Source of the DNA: a virus
Length of the DNA stretch: 64,000 nt
Virus record (IMG/VR): IMGVR_UViG_3300044641_007991
Span: 10,281-74,280 of that record
Direction: 5' to 3' (one strand)
In this document: piece by piece, positions 20,014-29,857 of the stretch
Layout of the letters: every line of letters starts with the position of its first letter
Position numbering within the stretch: position 1 is the stretch's first letter
The notes under the pieces: model-generated
The model's database searches: none
Seen by the model: the letters and a program-made list of their open reading frames with translations, nothing else
Told to the model about the DNA's origin: nothing
Position numbers and translations under genes: made by a program

Positions 20014-21717
20014 TTAAACCTTGTCAGTAATAGCTCTAATTTCCGCCAATGTTGTTGTTTTAACTAATTGACTATCTTTAAATACAGTTTCTAAACAACC
20101 GTGGCGTTCTTGATCAACAGATACTTGATCAACTAATTTATAAACACCATCTGTTTGGGTAACCATTAATAACCCTTTAGCCGATTTCTTAATACCATTA
20201 TCAGTTTTTGGATCTTTAAAGATTTCTACACCTGCACCATTAATCTCAGCATAGGTAGATTTCATGGCCATACCGTGAGTATCTCTGGTAACATATTGGA
20301 AACTGAATGAACCAATACCCAGCACAACATTACTTGATGCAAAACCTTTTTGTTCTAATCTACGGAAAATTTCCTCAGCACGTTTGTATGTGATAGAATC
20401 ACCGTAAATAGCACCAATATGAGTATCTAATACTTTGTAACCGTTTTCAGTTAAAGTGCCACCGAAAATATCCCATAAACATTCAATTAAACCTTTTTGT
20501 TCAGGCGAAATCTCAACTTCTTCAAATTCAAGCACCCTACTGTTATCAACATAATAGTATTGTTTATCATAACGATTCCACTCAATTTCTACTTTAGCTT
20601 TATAATATTTGTCGCCAGCTTTATAAATTCTGGTTACAATATCTTCACCGCATTCGCCATGAGGAGTATCATTACGAATTTCGGATTCTATATCGTTTAA
20701 CATATAGTTTTTAATCGAATCCAAACAGTCAATAGCAACATATTTTGCCGGCACAACTGGAATATCAATACCACACAGAATTTCAACTGGATCACCAGAA
20801 TCTGGACGAATAATAACACGACCATCTCTAGCCATAATATCAGATTTTAATCGCACCAAATAATCGGTAATAACTTGCCAGAAATCCCATGTATCACTAA
20901 CAATAGATACCATACCGCTTGGATAAATTTCGGTAATTAATCGTTTATAAGTATCAAATTCATCTTCTTTAGTACCGCTGCACATAACACTGTGTTCTGT
21001 AGCAGGAACCGAAACGCCAACAATTTCTGTATCGCTATCAGCAAAATAATAATCCTCAGCCAAATCAATTGCTGGGATATTATCTGTACCATAAGCGCCA
21101 GCTGCTAATACAGCAAAACCAGACGATGCAGCTGCGTGGCGACCTGCCATACCGCGAAAACCAAAATCATGGAACTGATACCGAACAAACTCTTTATCGG
21201 CTCCAGTAAGCTCTGCATAACGCAAACCCAATTTCTTGTAAGCCATATAAGTTGTGGCTGATGTAATTGGTTGCCATAATTCAGCTGATAATACCGATTC
21301 TAACATATTAGTTACCCAGAAAAATTCTGGTTTAGTATTAACCACAGTTAACATTGGAACGCCATATGGAACCATAGAACCTTCTGGTAAGGCTTTAATC
21401 TCAATTGGTAAATAACCCAATTTATGCAGCGCACGAATATGATCTACATTAACCTTATAACCAACGATATTTGAAACGCGACGTTGATATGAATTAACCA
21501 CGCGATCAATTGATCGAGTAAAGAATGAATAATCCCAATCTTCAATCAAGTAATCTAAGATAAAATGTTGTAGACCAACAAAACAAATACCATCGGTTGG
21601 TACGTTTTGATTTTTACCTGAACGAGCGGTAAAGTTAGAATAAATTTTAGTTGTACCAGGAGCATACTGATCTTTATGGTTTACTTTATAGCTGTCTTTT
21701 TGGTGTAATGCGCTCAT
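20014..21717 (-). CDS. Nicotinamide phosphoribosyltransferase-family protein (NadV/Namat-like)
   Basis: DSYKVNH, HDFGFRG, VPATEHSVM, SIVSDTWD, IRPDSGDP, IYGDSIT, KDPKTD..KKSAKG. Confidence 0.93.
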   Translation of the reverse strand: MSALHQKDSYKVNHKDQYAPGTTKIYSNFTARSGKNQNVPTDGICFVGLQHFILDYLIEDWDYSFFTRSIDRVVNSYQRRVSNIVGYKVNVDHIRALHKLGYLPIEIKALPEGSMVPYGVPMLTVVNTKPEFFWVTNMLESVLSAELWQPITSATTYMAYKKLGLRYAELTGADKEFVRYQFHDFGFRGMAGRHAAASSGFAVLAAGAYGTDNIPAIDLAEDYYFADSDTEIVGVSVPATEHSVMCSGTKEDEFDTYKRLITEIYPSGMVSIVSDTWDFWQVITDYLVRLKSDIMARDGRVIIRPDSGDPVEILCGIDIPVVPAKYVAIDCLDSIKNYMLNDIESEIRNDTPHGECGEDIVTRIYKAGDKYYKAKVEIEWNRYDKQYYYVDNSRVLEFEEVEISPEQKGLIECLWDIFGGTLTENGYKVLDTHIGAIYGDSITYKRAEEIFRRLEQKGFASSNVVLGIGSFSFQYVTRDTHGMAMKSTYAEINGAGVEIFKDPKTDNGIKKSAKGLLMVTQTDGVYKLVDQVSVDQERHGCLETVFKDSQLVKTTTLAEIRAITDKV

Positions 21718-21786
21718 TTCAAAATTCCTATCAAGTTAAGGTATAGAGTTATTGTACTCTAATTCAAGTCAAATGTCAAGCACTTT

Positions 21787-22020
21787 TTACAGATGCTTTA
21801 AAAATTGCATTTCTTGTTCTGTTGGGAAAAATTTATGGATAATTTCTACTCTAGGATCTGTTTGTTCAAAGGAATCTGTGGTGTAGATAGCATCAACACC
21901 ACCTTCAAATAATGGATCTAATCCACGCGAGAAAATACCATGAGTAACAAATAATCCAATTTTTCCTGCACCACGGTCTATTAACACTTTTGCCAATTCA
22001 GTGAAAGTAGCTCCGCCATC
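21787..22020 (-). pseudogene. Orphan 3' end of a second PRS-like allele
   Basis: DGGATFTELAKVLIDRGAGKIGLFVTHGIF...IYTTDSFEQTDPRV duplicates the C-terminus of 23089-23931. No ATG. Confidence 0.85.
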
Positions 22021-22034
22021 AGAAAAGTAAATTT

Positions 22035-22120
22035 TATAAATATATTATGCTAGTCGCGGTGCTACCAACACCCACTAGCTCTAAACATTTTCATTCAGAT
22101 AAGGATTACCTATGTTCAGC
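22035..22120 (+). promoter_or_regulatory. Late promoter plus conserved HEG leader RNA, copy D
   Basis: TATAAATA 22035-22042; GCTAGT-CGC-GGTG-loop-CACC-C-ACTAGC-TCTAAACAT...ATGTTCAGC. Confidence 0.8.
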
Positions 22121-23092
22121 ACAGATATTTATACCATACTATCATCAAAACCTCATAATCAACATTATTTAAAACGATACGTTAAATTCATAGAATATTG
22201 TAACAATATTAATGCGCATTATACTGGTTATGTAGAATATCATCACATATTACCAAAAGCTAAGACGCTATTCCCTGAATATAAAAATTTTAAACAAAAC
22301 CCCTGGAATAAAATAAAACTAACTCCAAGGCAACACTTTATAGCTCATTGGATGTTGTGGAAAATATTCGGCGGTTTTATGGCTTACGCATTTTCTATAA
22401 TGCGTAGAAAATCTAAAGTTCAATCAGAAAGATATTTTCGATTAAATAGCAAATCGTATGGAGAATTGAAAATAGCAGTTAGCAAATCTCAATCAACCAG
22501 AATCATATCAAAAAAAACGATAGAGAAAATGAAAAAATCTCAAAAAAATAAACCTAAAATTCGATGCCCTCATTGCGATAAAATCGGGGATGAATCTAAC
22601 ATGAGAAGGTGGCATTTCGATAATTGTAAAGTTTTTACTGATAAATCTGTACACGAAGTAAAACAAAAATCTGATATTGTAACTTGCCCTCATTGTGGAA
22701 AAACCGGAAAAGAACAAGGTATGTTGGCTAACCATTTCTCAAATTGTAGTGTTATTAGAGGAGATTACCGAAAAGTAAAAGATAAGATAACATGTCCACA
22801 TTGTAAAAAAGAAGGCGCGAACACATATGGGTTTAAGGTTTATCATTTCGATAATTGTAAAATTTTAACGGGAAAGATTATACGCGCAGTAGAATATGAT
22901 TTATCTATAGTTAAGTGTCCGCATTGCGATAAAGAAGGGACAATGCACGGAATGAAATCAAGTCATTTCGAACACTGTCCTACACTCAAACCAGAATTAC
23001 CGAAAATACAATGCCCGCACTGCAAAAAAGAAGGTAATAACAACGGCTATTTTAAATCTCATCATTTTGATAAGTGTAAACAAAAAATTTAA
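22112..23092 (+). CDS. HNH homing endonuclease with five CPHC zinc-ribbon repeats
   Basis: YVEYHHILPK..NKIKLTPRQHFIAHWML; five CPHC.K.G...HF..C units. Confidence 0.85.
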   Translation: MFSTDIYTILSSKPHNQHYLKRYVKFIEYCNNINAHYTGYVEYHHILPKAKTLFPEYKNFKQNPWNKIKLTPRQHFIAHWMLWKIFGGFMAYAFSIMRRKSKVQSERYFRLNSKSYGELKIAVSKSQSTRIISKKTIEKMKKSQKNKPKIRCPHCDKIGDESNMRRWHFDNCKVFTDKSVHEVKQKSDIVTCPHCGKTGKEQGMLANHFSNCSVIRGDYRKVKDKITCPHCKKEGANTYGFKVYHFDNCKILTGKIIRAVEYDLSIVKCPHCDKEGTMHGMKSSHFEHCPTLKPELPKIQCPHCKKEGNNNGYFKSHHFDKCKQKI

Positions 23093-23931
23093 TTAAAAAA
23101 GTTATAAATTACCTGAACTCTTGGATCTGTTTGTTCAAACGAATCTGTGGTGTAGATGTGATCAATATTATCGTTAAATAATACATCTACACCATAATCA
23201 AAAATTCCATGGGTAATAAACAACCCAATTTTACCTGCACCCCTAGCTTTTAATTCCCTAGCCAATAATCGGAATGTCATACCGCCTGAACAAATATCAT
23301 CGACGATCAAACAATCTGCGCCATCCAAGTTATCCGATAACAATTCTGTTTTAGTAATGTTACCAGTTGCAGGATCTCGTACTTTAAGAGCCTGCAGAAC
23401 ATCAATTTTTGATGATAAATTATACCCTCGAGCAAAATCAACTGCTTTTTTACTGGCACCTGCATCCGGAGCAACGATATAACTGTAATTAGCTAATCCA
23501 AGAATTCCTAATCTAGAAGCCAATGGGAATGCAAAAGTAGATTGAGCTCGTTCTACAACATTATCTAATAATGCAGTAGCAACTGTGCTATGAGCATCTG
23601 TTACATGTACTCGAGAATAACCCTGGGAATTAATTAAATTTGCAAAAATTTTAAGTGAAAATGAATCGCCTAGATTACAAACTCTATCCTGACGAGCATA
23701 TGGAATATAAGGTAACACCAATTCAATTGTTTTAATTCCCAGTCGTTTTAATGCATCAGTTACTAACAACAACCGCATTAATTCGCTAGAACTATCAATT
23801 CTTGCTAGAATTTCTACTGAGGAACTAACAATAGCTGGCGAGGGTAATACAACATTAACATGTTCTTCTCCACCAGAGAACGTATGAAATTTAATTTCTA
23901 CAAAATTTTCTTGCTGTTTTACAATAATCAT
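23089..23931 (-). CDS. Ribose-phosphate pyrophosphokinase-family protein (Prs/Adps-like)
   Basis: FSGGEEHV, LPYIPYARQDR, DAHS, VAPDAGA, LIVDDICSGG.TF, THGIF. Confidence 0.93.
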   Translation of the reverse strand: MIIVKQQENFVEIKFHTFSGGEEHVNVVLPSPAIVSSSVEILARIDSSSELMRLLLVTDALKRLGIKTIELVLPYIPYARQDRVCNLGDSFSLKIFANLINSQGYSRVHVTDAHSTVATALLDNVVERAQSTFAFPLASRLGILGLANYSYIVAPDAGASKKAVDFARGYNLSSKIDVLQALKVRDPATGNITKTELLSDNLDGADCLIVDDICSGGMTFRLLARELKARGAGKIGLFITHGIFDYGVDVLFNDNIDHIYTTDSFEQTDPRVQVIYNFFN

Positions 23932-23933
23932 TA

Positions 23934-24998
23934 TTAATCCTCGAATTTCATTAAAAATTTATTAGAAATTGCTTTAAAGTGGACGCGTGTATCGGTAATA
24001 CATTTAAATACCAAACCTTCTCGTTCAGTTTTAACATTTAATTCACTTTTGCTTTCAGCTAATTGTAATAGACTATCAATAGTTTGATTTTCAAGAGTCA
24101 TTGTACCTAGAACTGGAACGTGTTTCAAACCTAATTTCTCACACAATTCTAATCGTTCTGCTGATGATAGATATTCACCCTTATCAATATCATAAATGGT
24201 AAACACATAGAAATCAATATCATTTAATTTATATTTGTTACCTTGAATTCCCACGCCACACAATTCACCTTGAATTGCAATATTTCTATCTAGAGCAGTT
24301 AATTTTTCTTCAAGAGTATATTTTCTAGCAGCACCCCAAAAAGAATTACCTTCAGTTTCTTTTAATTGTAGGTTACGAGAACAAACGCCAAATTCAGCAA
24401 TAAAATCATCTGCGTCAGTCATAGCATTATTTCTAAAGAATACAGTCATAGATGAGCCATCTAATTTTTCAGAAATTTCCCATTGATCATCCGATTGTGA
24501 CCATTTACCTAAATTTTTTGATAAATTTTGAACACGTTCTTCGTCAGTTTTTGGAATAAAACTTGGGAAATTACCTTTAGCTTGACCAGCTAATTGTGCT
24601 GGCAATGGTCGTTCGTATTTCAAGATACCCAATAATTCAGTAACGTCGTCATCTTCATTCCAATCGGATGATGTTGCTTCGCCAACATAGTTTGACATCA
24701 CAACACCAAATGGTAACAACAAACCTTGGCTACAAGTTCCGCGCAATTTAATTGTACGCAATCGTTCACCTTTAACACCTTCAAACTCTCTTGGTTCTTT
24801 ACCATTGGATAAGAATGGAGCTAACTCGTGCGGGATCCATGAATCAATAGAAAAATATACTGCTAATTGTCCAGTATTAAATTCACCCAATTTAGTTACA
24901 ACTTTCCACCCACCAATAGTACAAATATCCAATGCATCAGCATTAGGATGTTTCTCAACATTATCAATTCTAGCAATCCACGCCATTTTTCTACTCAT
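23934..24998 (-). CDS. RNA ligase, DRB0094 family
   Basis: HPNADAL, LRTIKLRG..SQGLL, FPSFIPKTDEER, SEKLDGSS, QGELCG.GIQGN, REGLVFK, FKAISNKFL. Confidence 0.9.
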   Translation of the reverse strand: MSRKMAWIARIDNVEKHPNADALDICTIGGWKVVTKLGEFNTGQLAVYFSIDSWIPHELAPFLSNGKEPREFEGVKGERLRTIKLRGTCSQGLLLPFGVVMSNYVGEATSSDWNEDDDVTELLGILKYERPLPAQLAGQAKGNFPSFIPKTDEERVQNLSKNLGKWSQSDDQWEISEKLDGSSMTVFFRNNAMTDADDFIAEFGVCSRNLQLKETEGNSFWGAARKYTLEEKLTALDRNIAIQGELCGVGIQGNKYKLNDIDFYVFTIYDIDKGEYLSSAERLELCEKLGLKHVPVLGTMTLENQTIDSLLQLAESKSELNVKTEREGLVFKCITDTRVHFKAISNKFLMKFED

Positions 24999-25024
24999 AA
25001 TACAACACCTCAAGTTTCAATTTA

Positions 25025-25125
25025 TATAAATAAAGTATAGATTAAAAATGTCTATACAACACAAAAAAAGCCAATCGCGATACTGGTAATATCCATTGGC
25101 ACTAATACTAATCAGGAGTATCAGC
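25025..25125 (+). promoter_or_regulatory. Late promoter plus conserved HEG leader RNA, copy E
   Basis: TATAAATA 25025-25032; GCCAAT-CGC-GATA-loop-TATC-C-ATTGGC-ACTAATACT-AATCAGG-AGTATCAGC-ATG. Confidence 0.8.
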
Positions 25126-26346
25126 ATGAATATTTATTACGTTTACGTTTATCGCCATCCAACAACAAATATACCATTTTATGTCGGCATGGGTAAAAAA
25201 GATAGATATCTTTCGCATTTAAAAGAAGCAATTAAGCATCCAACCCCAGTCCGCAGTCAAGGAAAATTAAATACTATCAGAAAAATTATTCGAGAAGGTT
25301 CACAACCAGTTATACAGTTAATAGACACAAAATTATCAAAAGAGGATGCTATTGAACTAGAAATATTTTTGATAGAATTGATAGGAAGAAAAGATTTAAA
25401 AAACGGGTCACTTACCAATCTAACGTCTGGCGGAGACGGGTATTCTGGGTGGTCTGACTTCCACCGAGAAGAACAATCTAATAGAATGAAAACTACAATA
25501 GCAGTAAAAAATCCAGTTACCGGAGAAAAATTTCGTGTTTCTGATAATGATCCTAGATGGTTGTCCGGAGAACTTGTTGGACAAAACCTTGGAGAATGTA
25601 ATAGTAACATAAATGGTAAATTAGACGGTTATATACAAGCAAAAGATAAAAACGGTAATATTTTTAGAATAAAACCGACCGATCCTAGATGGTTGTCCGG
25701 AGAACTTGTTGGGATTAATAAAAATAGACCTGCACATGAAAACACTAAAATAGCTGCAAGTAAAACACATAAAGGTGTACCAAAATCAAAAGAACATAAT
25801 AAAAAAGTGTCTGAATCAACTAAAGGTTCAATATGGATCCATAACTTTGATACAGGAAAAACATCCAGACTAACGAAAATTAATCCAAATATACCAAACG
25901 GGTTTGTAATTGTTTGTGGGCCACATAAATTATTAACTTTAGAACAACGAGAAGAAGAACGTATAACAGTTAAAAATAACAAAAAACAAATACGATCAGA
26001 AACAGCTTTGTTAAGAAAGCAAAATAATTCTCTCGCCCAAAAACAATTTAGAAAAGATAATCCATTTTTCGGGTTAACAGAAAAACAAATCCAATTTTCA
26101 ATTGAAATAGTAGAATTATTTTCTACAAAACCTACAGTCCCATTAATAGGTAGAAGAGGAAACGGAATACGTCAACTCTCGTATATTAGAGCATTTTCCT
26201 TATTTGTATCAAAACAATATAATGTTACACTACATACAATACATTCTATTGTAAATGGAAAAAAGCCTAATTTAATTCACGAAATTATTAAAATTCGCCC
26301 AGATTTATCAGATATTTGTCAAGAAATATTGCAAAATTGCCACTAG
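25126..26346 (+). CDS. GIY-YIG-like homing endonuclease (different subfamily)
   Basis: YYVYVYRHP..PFYVGMGKKDRY..H..ELEIFLIELIGRKD..G.LTNLTSGGDG; duplicated DPRWLSGELVG. ATG at 25126 with AGGAG RBS. Confidence 0.8.
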   Translation: MNIYYVYVYRHPTTNIPFYVGMGKKDRYLSHLKEAIKHPTPVRSQGKLNTIRKIIREGSQPVIQLIDTKLSKEDAIELEIFLIELIGRKDLKNGSLTNLTSGGDGYSGWSDFHREEQSNRMKTTIAVKNPVTGEKFRVSDNDPRWLSGELVGQNLGECNSNINGKLDGYIQAKDKNGNIFRIKPTDPRWLSGELVGINKNRPAHENTKIAASKTHKGVPKSKEHNKKVSESTKGSIWIHNFDTGKTSRLTKINPNIPNGFVIVCGPHKLLTLEQREEERITVKNNKKQIRSETALLRKQNNSLAQKQFRKDNPFFGLTEKQIQFSIEIVELFSTKPTVPLIGRRGNGIRQLSYIRAFSLFVSKQYNVTLHTIHSIVNGKKPNLIHEIIKIRPDLSDICQEILQNCH

Positions 26347-26477
26347 AATAAACAATAATTTTAGTTACCAATTTTGTAAGAATATACGTTCTGTGTTAAT
26401 TAATATTAACTGTATTGAAATTTTATTTTTAACACAGAACATAATAAATAATATCTATATTTCCATTATGAACTCAA

Positions 26478-26621
26478 TCAATAGACGACTAAATCACCAA
26501 CGCTATATTTTTCTTTTTGGTCAACAATCCACCAACCATCTACTCTATACGCACAAATTAAATCTGCACCTTCGATCAATTTAATTTCTTGAATTCGTTT
26601 AATACTCGCTAATTTTCTCAC
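26478..26621 (-). pseudogene. Orphan 5' end of a second DRB0094-type RNA ligase allele
   Basis: GTG start with GAGG RBS: MRKLASIKRIQEIKLIEGADLICAYRVDGWWIVDQKEKYSVGDLVVY*, homologous to the N-terminus of 23934-24998. Confidence 0.85.
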
Positions 26622-26696
26622 AATCTACCTCTCATTGTTTAGTATAGAGTTATTGTAACCTATGCTACTCTAAAAGTCAAGCACTTTATAAAAAAG

Positions 26697-27953
26697 TTAA
26701 ACATAAGCATGCTCCGCCCAATCTCTAATAATAGTCAACCGTTCTTGTTCAGGAATTTCCAAAAATTGGTCCTTAGTATAATTTTTCTGTAAATATTCGC
26801 ATAAACTATAGAACTCTTCCTCAAAATGCTGTTTGTAATTTCTATCAAAAATTAAATCTAATTTTTTGGTTCTAGCAATAAATTTTGATGTCAAATAGTA
26901 TGGGGTTTTTAATTTCAATACAGTATCAGATTCTTGATCATACACAACATAGCCTTCTCGTTTATAAGTTTTAGCTTGTTCAAGTAAGTCTGAGAAACGA
27001 ATATATTCCCATTTTGGGCGAAACACACCAAAATCTAAGGCAATTGCATCTAAAAACACTTCAGATTGTTTTGCGGAACCTAATACTTTCTCACGAGCAC
27101 CAATAAGATAAACACCCTCATATTCCGGAATAATATGCGGATCATTTGGATGTACAATCTCAAAACAAAAAGATAAATTTTGATACGATTCTAATACAAG
27201 TTTCATACGGTCTAAAGGCAATATTTCTTTTGCCATATCAACATGTTCGCTGGTTAGAGAACCAGTTGTTGAAACTAAAATATCACCGTTATACCATGTA
27301 ACAGCCGCTAAAAATCCATTAATTTTATCTACTGCTATTACTTGATGGTCTAATGGAATATCTGTACCATTCTCGTGTCTGTTAAATATTTTGGTAAATG
27401 GATATTGTACGACATTACCATCTGCGTCTCTAATTAAACCCCGAGCATCAACTAATTCTGGATGCATATTCCATAAATTTTGGTAAAATACAGATCTCTT
27501 GTATTTGTGTACAAACAATCCGTTTTGTTCTTTAATCTGAACAAAATCTGTATACTCAACATCTGGCGCTAATTTAATTTCAAATCGATCAGTCATTTTC
27601 TTAATAGTTTCCGCTGGAACATTATGTACTGATTTAGAACCATGACGATTTTCTACGATTAAAGTTGTCACACGATAACCATATGTTTTAGCTAAATCAA
27701 AATAAGGTTGCATTTCCCGCTCTGTAGTAAAAGTATTATGTACAGCAACATTTTCTTCATACTCCATCCATTTCTCGGTTTGGGCTTGACACCATTCATG
27801 CGCTTGTTTGACATTCTCTGGTTTCCACGCATAATTACCTTTTTCATCAGTATGATAATCATCTGCTGCAACGCAAATATAATTGTCTAATGATTGTAAC
27901 AGAGTAGTTTTACCTGCACCTGGGATTCCCCTAATAAGAATAAGGTTTTTCAT
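26697..27953 (-). CDS. Polynucleotide kinase (P-loop) fused to an Rnl1-like RNA ligase
   Basis: RGIPGAGKTT..AADDY..VHNTFT..HNVP; ARGLI, PFTKIFN, DKINGFL, FEIVHP, EGYVV, KLKTPYY. Confidence 0.85.
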   Translation of the reverse strand: MKNLILIRGIPGAGKTTLLQSLDNYICVAADDYHTDEKGNYAWKPENVKQAHEWCQAQTEKWMEYEENVAVHNTFTTEREMQPYFDLAKTYGYRVTTLIVENRHGSKSVHNVPAETIKKMTDRFEIKLAPDVEYTDFVQIKEQNGLFVHKYKRSVFYQNLWNMHPELVDARGLIRDADGNVVQYPFTKIFNRHENGTDIPLDHQVIAVDKINGFLAAVTWYNGDILVSTTGSLTSEHVDMAKEILPLDRMKLVLESYQNLSFCFEIVHPNDPHIIPEYEGVYLIGAREKVLGSAKQSEVFLDAIALDFGVFRPKWEYIRFSDLLEQAKTYKREGYVVYDQESDTVLKLKTPYYLTSKFIARTKKLDLIFDRNYKQHFEEEFYSLCEYLQKNYTKDQFLEIPEQERLTIIRDWAEHAYV

Positions 27954-27954
27954 T

Positions 27955-28158
27955 TTACTCACCTGACCAACTAGAAATAAAAGAATCTCGATTTAAATAT
28001 CTTGGAGAAAGGACAGAATTTGATACATTAAATTCTGTACCATTATCCATCCAGATAGAATATTTTTCTGCATCACCCCAAGGTCTGGTTACATGCGAGA
28101 CTTTATCTAAGTCAATAGTTGCTGGAGTATAGTCCGGCATTTCGTATAATCTAGGCAT
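27955..28158 (-). CDS. Hypothetical protein
   Basis: Packed operon. Confidence 0.55.
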   Translation of the reverse strand: MPRLYEMPDYTPATIDLDKVSHVTRPWGDAEKYSIWMDNGTEFNVSNSVLSPRYLNRDSFISSWSGE

Positions 28159-28177
28159 AATATAATTCTCAAGTTGT

Positions 28178-28381
28178 TTAGCGTTTCATTCCAAGGTAAT
28201 TCTCATACGAGAGTTCCCGATCATTTTCATCATAAGTTTTGCGAATCCAAAATCCAGTGGAATCTTCGTGATACACAACATTACCACGATTATCGTATTC
28301 TTTGCGCCACCAAAAACCTAATTCATTTCCATAAAATATTAGATGACCATTTGAATCGTATTCTATTTTGTATGTGTCCAT
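28178..28381 (-). CDS. Small YD-like repeat protein
   Basis: Three (E/T)YD.NG....Y...G.W units. Confidence 0.65.
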   Translation of the reverse strand: MDTYKIEYDSNGHLIFYGNELGFWWRKEYDNRGNVVYHEDSTGFWIRKTYDENDRELSYENYLGMKR

Positions 28382-28383
28382 GT

Positions 28384-28566
28384 TTATACTTTTAAAGTTT
28401 TGAAAGTTCTGCCACGAGTATCAAATTGTAATGGAGTTTTAAATATATGAGCACGCTCTTCACCATATTTGATATAACCTAGTGTTTTAAATTTATCGTC
28501 TGTGACCAGATATGTGTGACGTTGAGTTTCAGGAAAAGATTTGGTTGTTTCTTGTAATACTATCAT
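28384..28566 (-). CDS. Hypothetical phage protein (..FDTRGRTF)
   Basis: LQETT..HTY..GYIK..FDTRGRTF pattern. Confidence 0.65.
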   Translation of the reverse strand: MIVLQETTKSFPETQRHTYLVTDDKFKTLGYIKYGEERAHIFKTPLQFDTRGRTFKTLKV

Positions 28567-29239
28567 GTTGATCCATTAATTCGCTATATTTTTGCCAATA
28601 TTGTCTATTAATACCAAAATCGCAAATAACAGGATAACCTTTATTTGTATTTGGATTATAGAAAATTCCCATATTTTTTAAAATTAAATCATTAGCTTCA
28701 AAATCAACTAATTTCATCCAAGAAATAAAATTGGCTACCCAAGGATGGGTAATAACAACCTCATATTCGCTGTCAGAGATTTGATTTGGATACACCGTAT
28801 CTTCTGGGTGAATAATACCATGTATTTCTCTATACTTTTTTTGAGCCGAAAATACAAAATCATTAAACGATATTCCATCTGGATAAGTATCGGTTATTGT
28901 TAAACAAGTAAATAAAAAATCAGTTAATTTAGAAACAAAACCCATTTCTAACCATTCAAACTCAGCATCAAAATCAAATATTGGAGCTAAGCAGCCGATC
29001 TCATTGAGAGAATAAAAACCATGGTTATCTTTTATTAAGATAGAATAATCATTATTTCTTGGGTCGCATTCAATTTTATTTTGCATTAAACCAAATGAAC
29101 CTGTGGTTAAATAATGATCAAATTTATTTGTAATTCTAGATTTAATAATTGTATTAACTTGAGTTAATACTCCATCTAAACTAATATAGTGTTGATTTAA
29201 ACCTTTAATTTCTCGGGAAGAACCTTTTGCTATAATCAT
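28529..29239 (-). CDS. Protein-kinase-like fold protein
   Basis: KGSSR, G.MQN..E, DLILKNMG (catalytic-loop-like) and PVICDFG. Confidence 0.6.
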   Translation of the reverse strand: MIIAKGSSREIKGLNQHYISLDGVLTQVNTIIKSRITNKFDHYLTTGSFGLMQNKIECDPRNNDYSILIKDNHGFYSLNEIGCLAPIFDFDAEFEWLEMGFVSKLTDFLFTCLTITDTYPDGISFNDFVFSAQKKYREIHGIIHPEDTVYPNQISDSEYEVVITHPWVANFISWMKLVDFEANDLILKNMGIFYNPNTNKGYPVICDFGINRQYWQKYSELMDQHDSITRNNQIFS

Positions 29240-29421
29240 CGTTTAAAATCAGCTGAAACAATAATTGATTTAGAATTATCATACTTTACAACAGCAATAG
29301 TTTTATTATCTTGACTTAAATAAGTCACTTCATCGGAAACTGAAAAATAACGACCACGCCAACCAAGGTCAGTTAATTTTCGAGTTAAATCAAAATCAGA
29401 AAATTTACGAGATTTAATCAT
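29236..29421 (-). CDS. Hypothetical protein
   Basis: GGAGG RBS, first gene behind a promoter copy. Confidence 0.6.
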   Translation of the reverse strand: MIKSRKFSDFDLTRKLTDLGWRGRYFSVSDEVTYLSQDNKTIAVVKYDNSKSIIVSADFKR

Positions 29422-29485
29422 GTTTCCTCCACAAAGTAGATACAATTATATTATACTAGGTTTTTGGTGCAGTGTCAAGCACTTT

Positions 29486-29857
29486 TTAAGTGATAACAAA
29501 AATTATCCCAAGATAGGTCAGATAGTGCAGATATTGATCCCCGCCAAGTTGAATCCAGTACCGTTTTTCTTGCATGTCTTTTTCACCAAAACGCATCTTA
29601 CACCAGTCAATCACATAATGAATGTGTGTTTCGAGAACGCCAATAGCGACAGCAAGGCGAAAATCTACCCAGAATACCAGTATAGCAGCTGTCCAAATCC
29701 CTTGCTCTAGACTGTGAGAGAAGCCTACAGGATGACCCCAGATACCTTTTGTTCGTACTTGAGGCATTGTTTGTAGAATAAAATCTACGATATAATGTTT
29801 GGTAAATAGCAGTAAAAATAAAATTAAAACATCATTAATTGTCATAATGTTTCCCAA
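29486..29857 (-). CDS. DUF3307-like membrane protein
   Basis: KHYIVDFILQ..K..HSL..HYVIDWCK..GGDQYLH. Confidence 0.75.
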   Translation of the reverse strand: MGNIMTINDVLILFLLLFTKHYIVDFILQTMPQVRTKGIWGHPVGFSHSLEQGIWTAAILVFWVDFRLAVAIGVLETHIHYVIDWCKMRFGEKDMQEKRYWIQLGGDQYLHYLTYLGIIFVIT

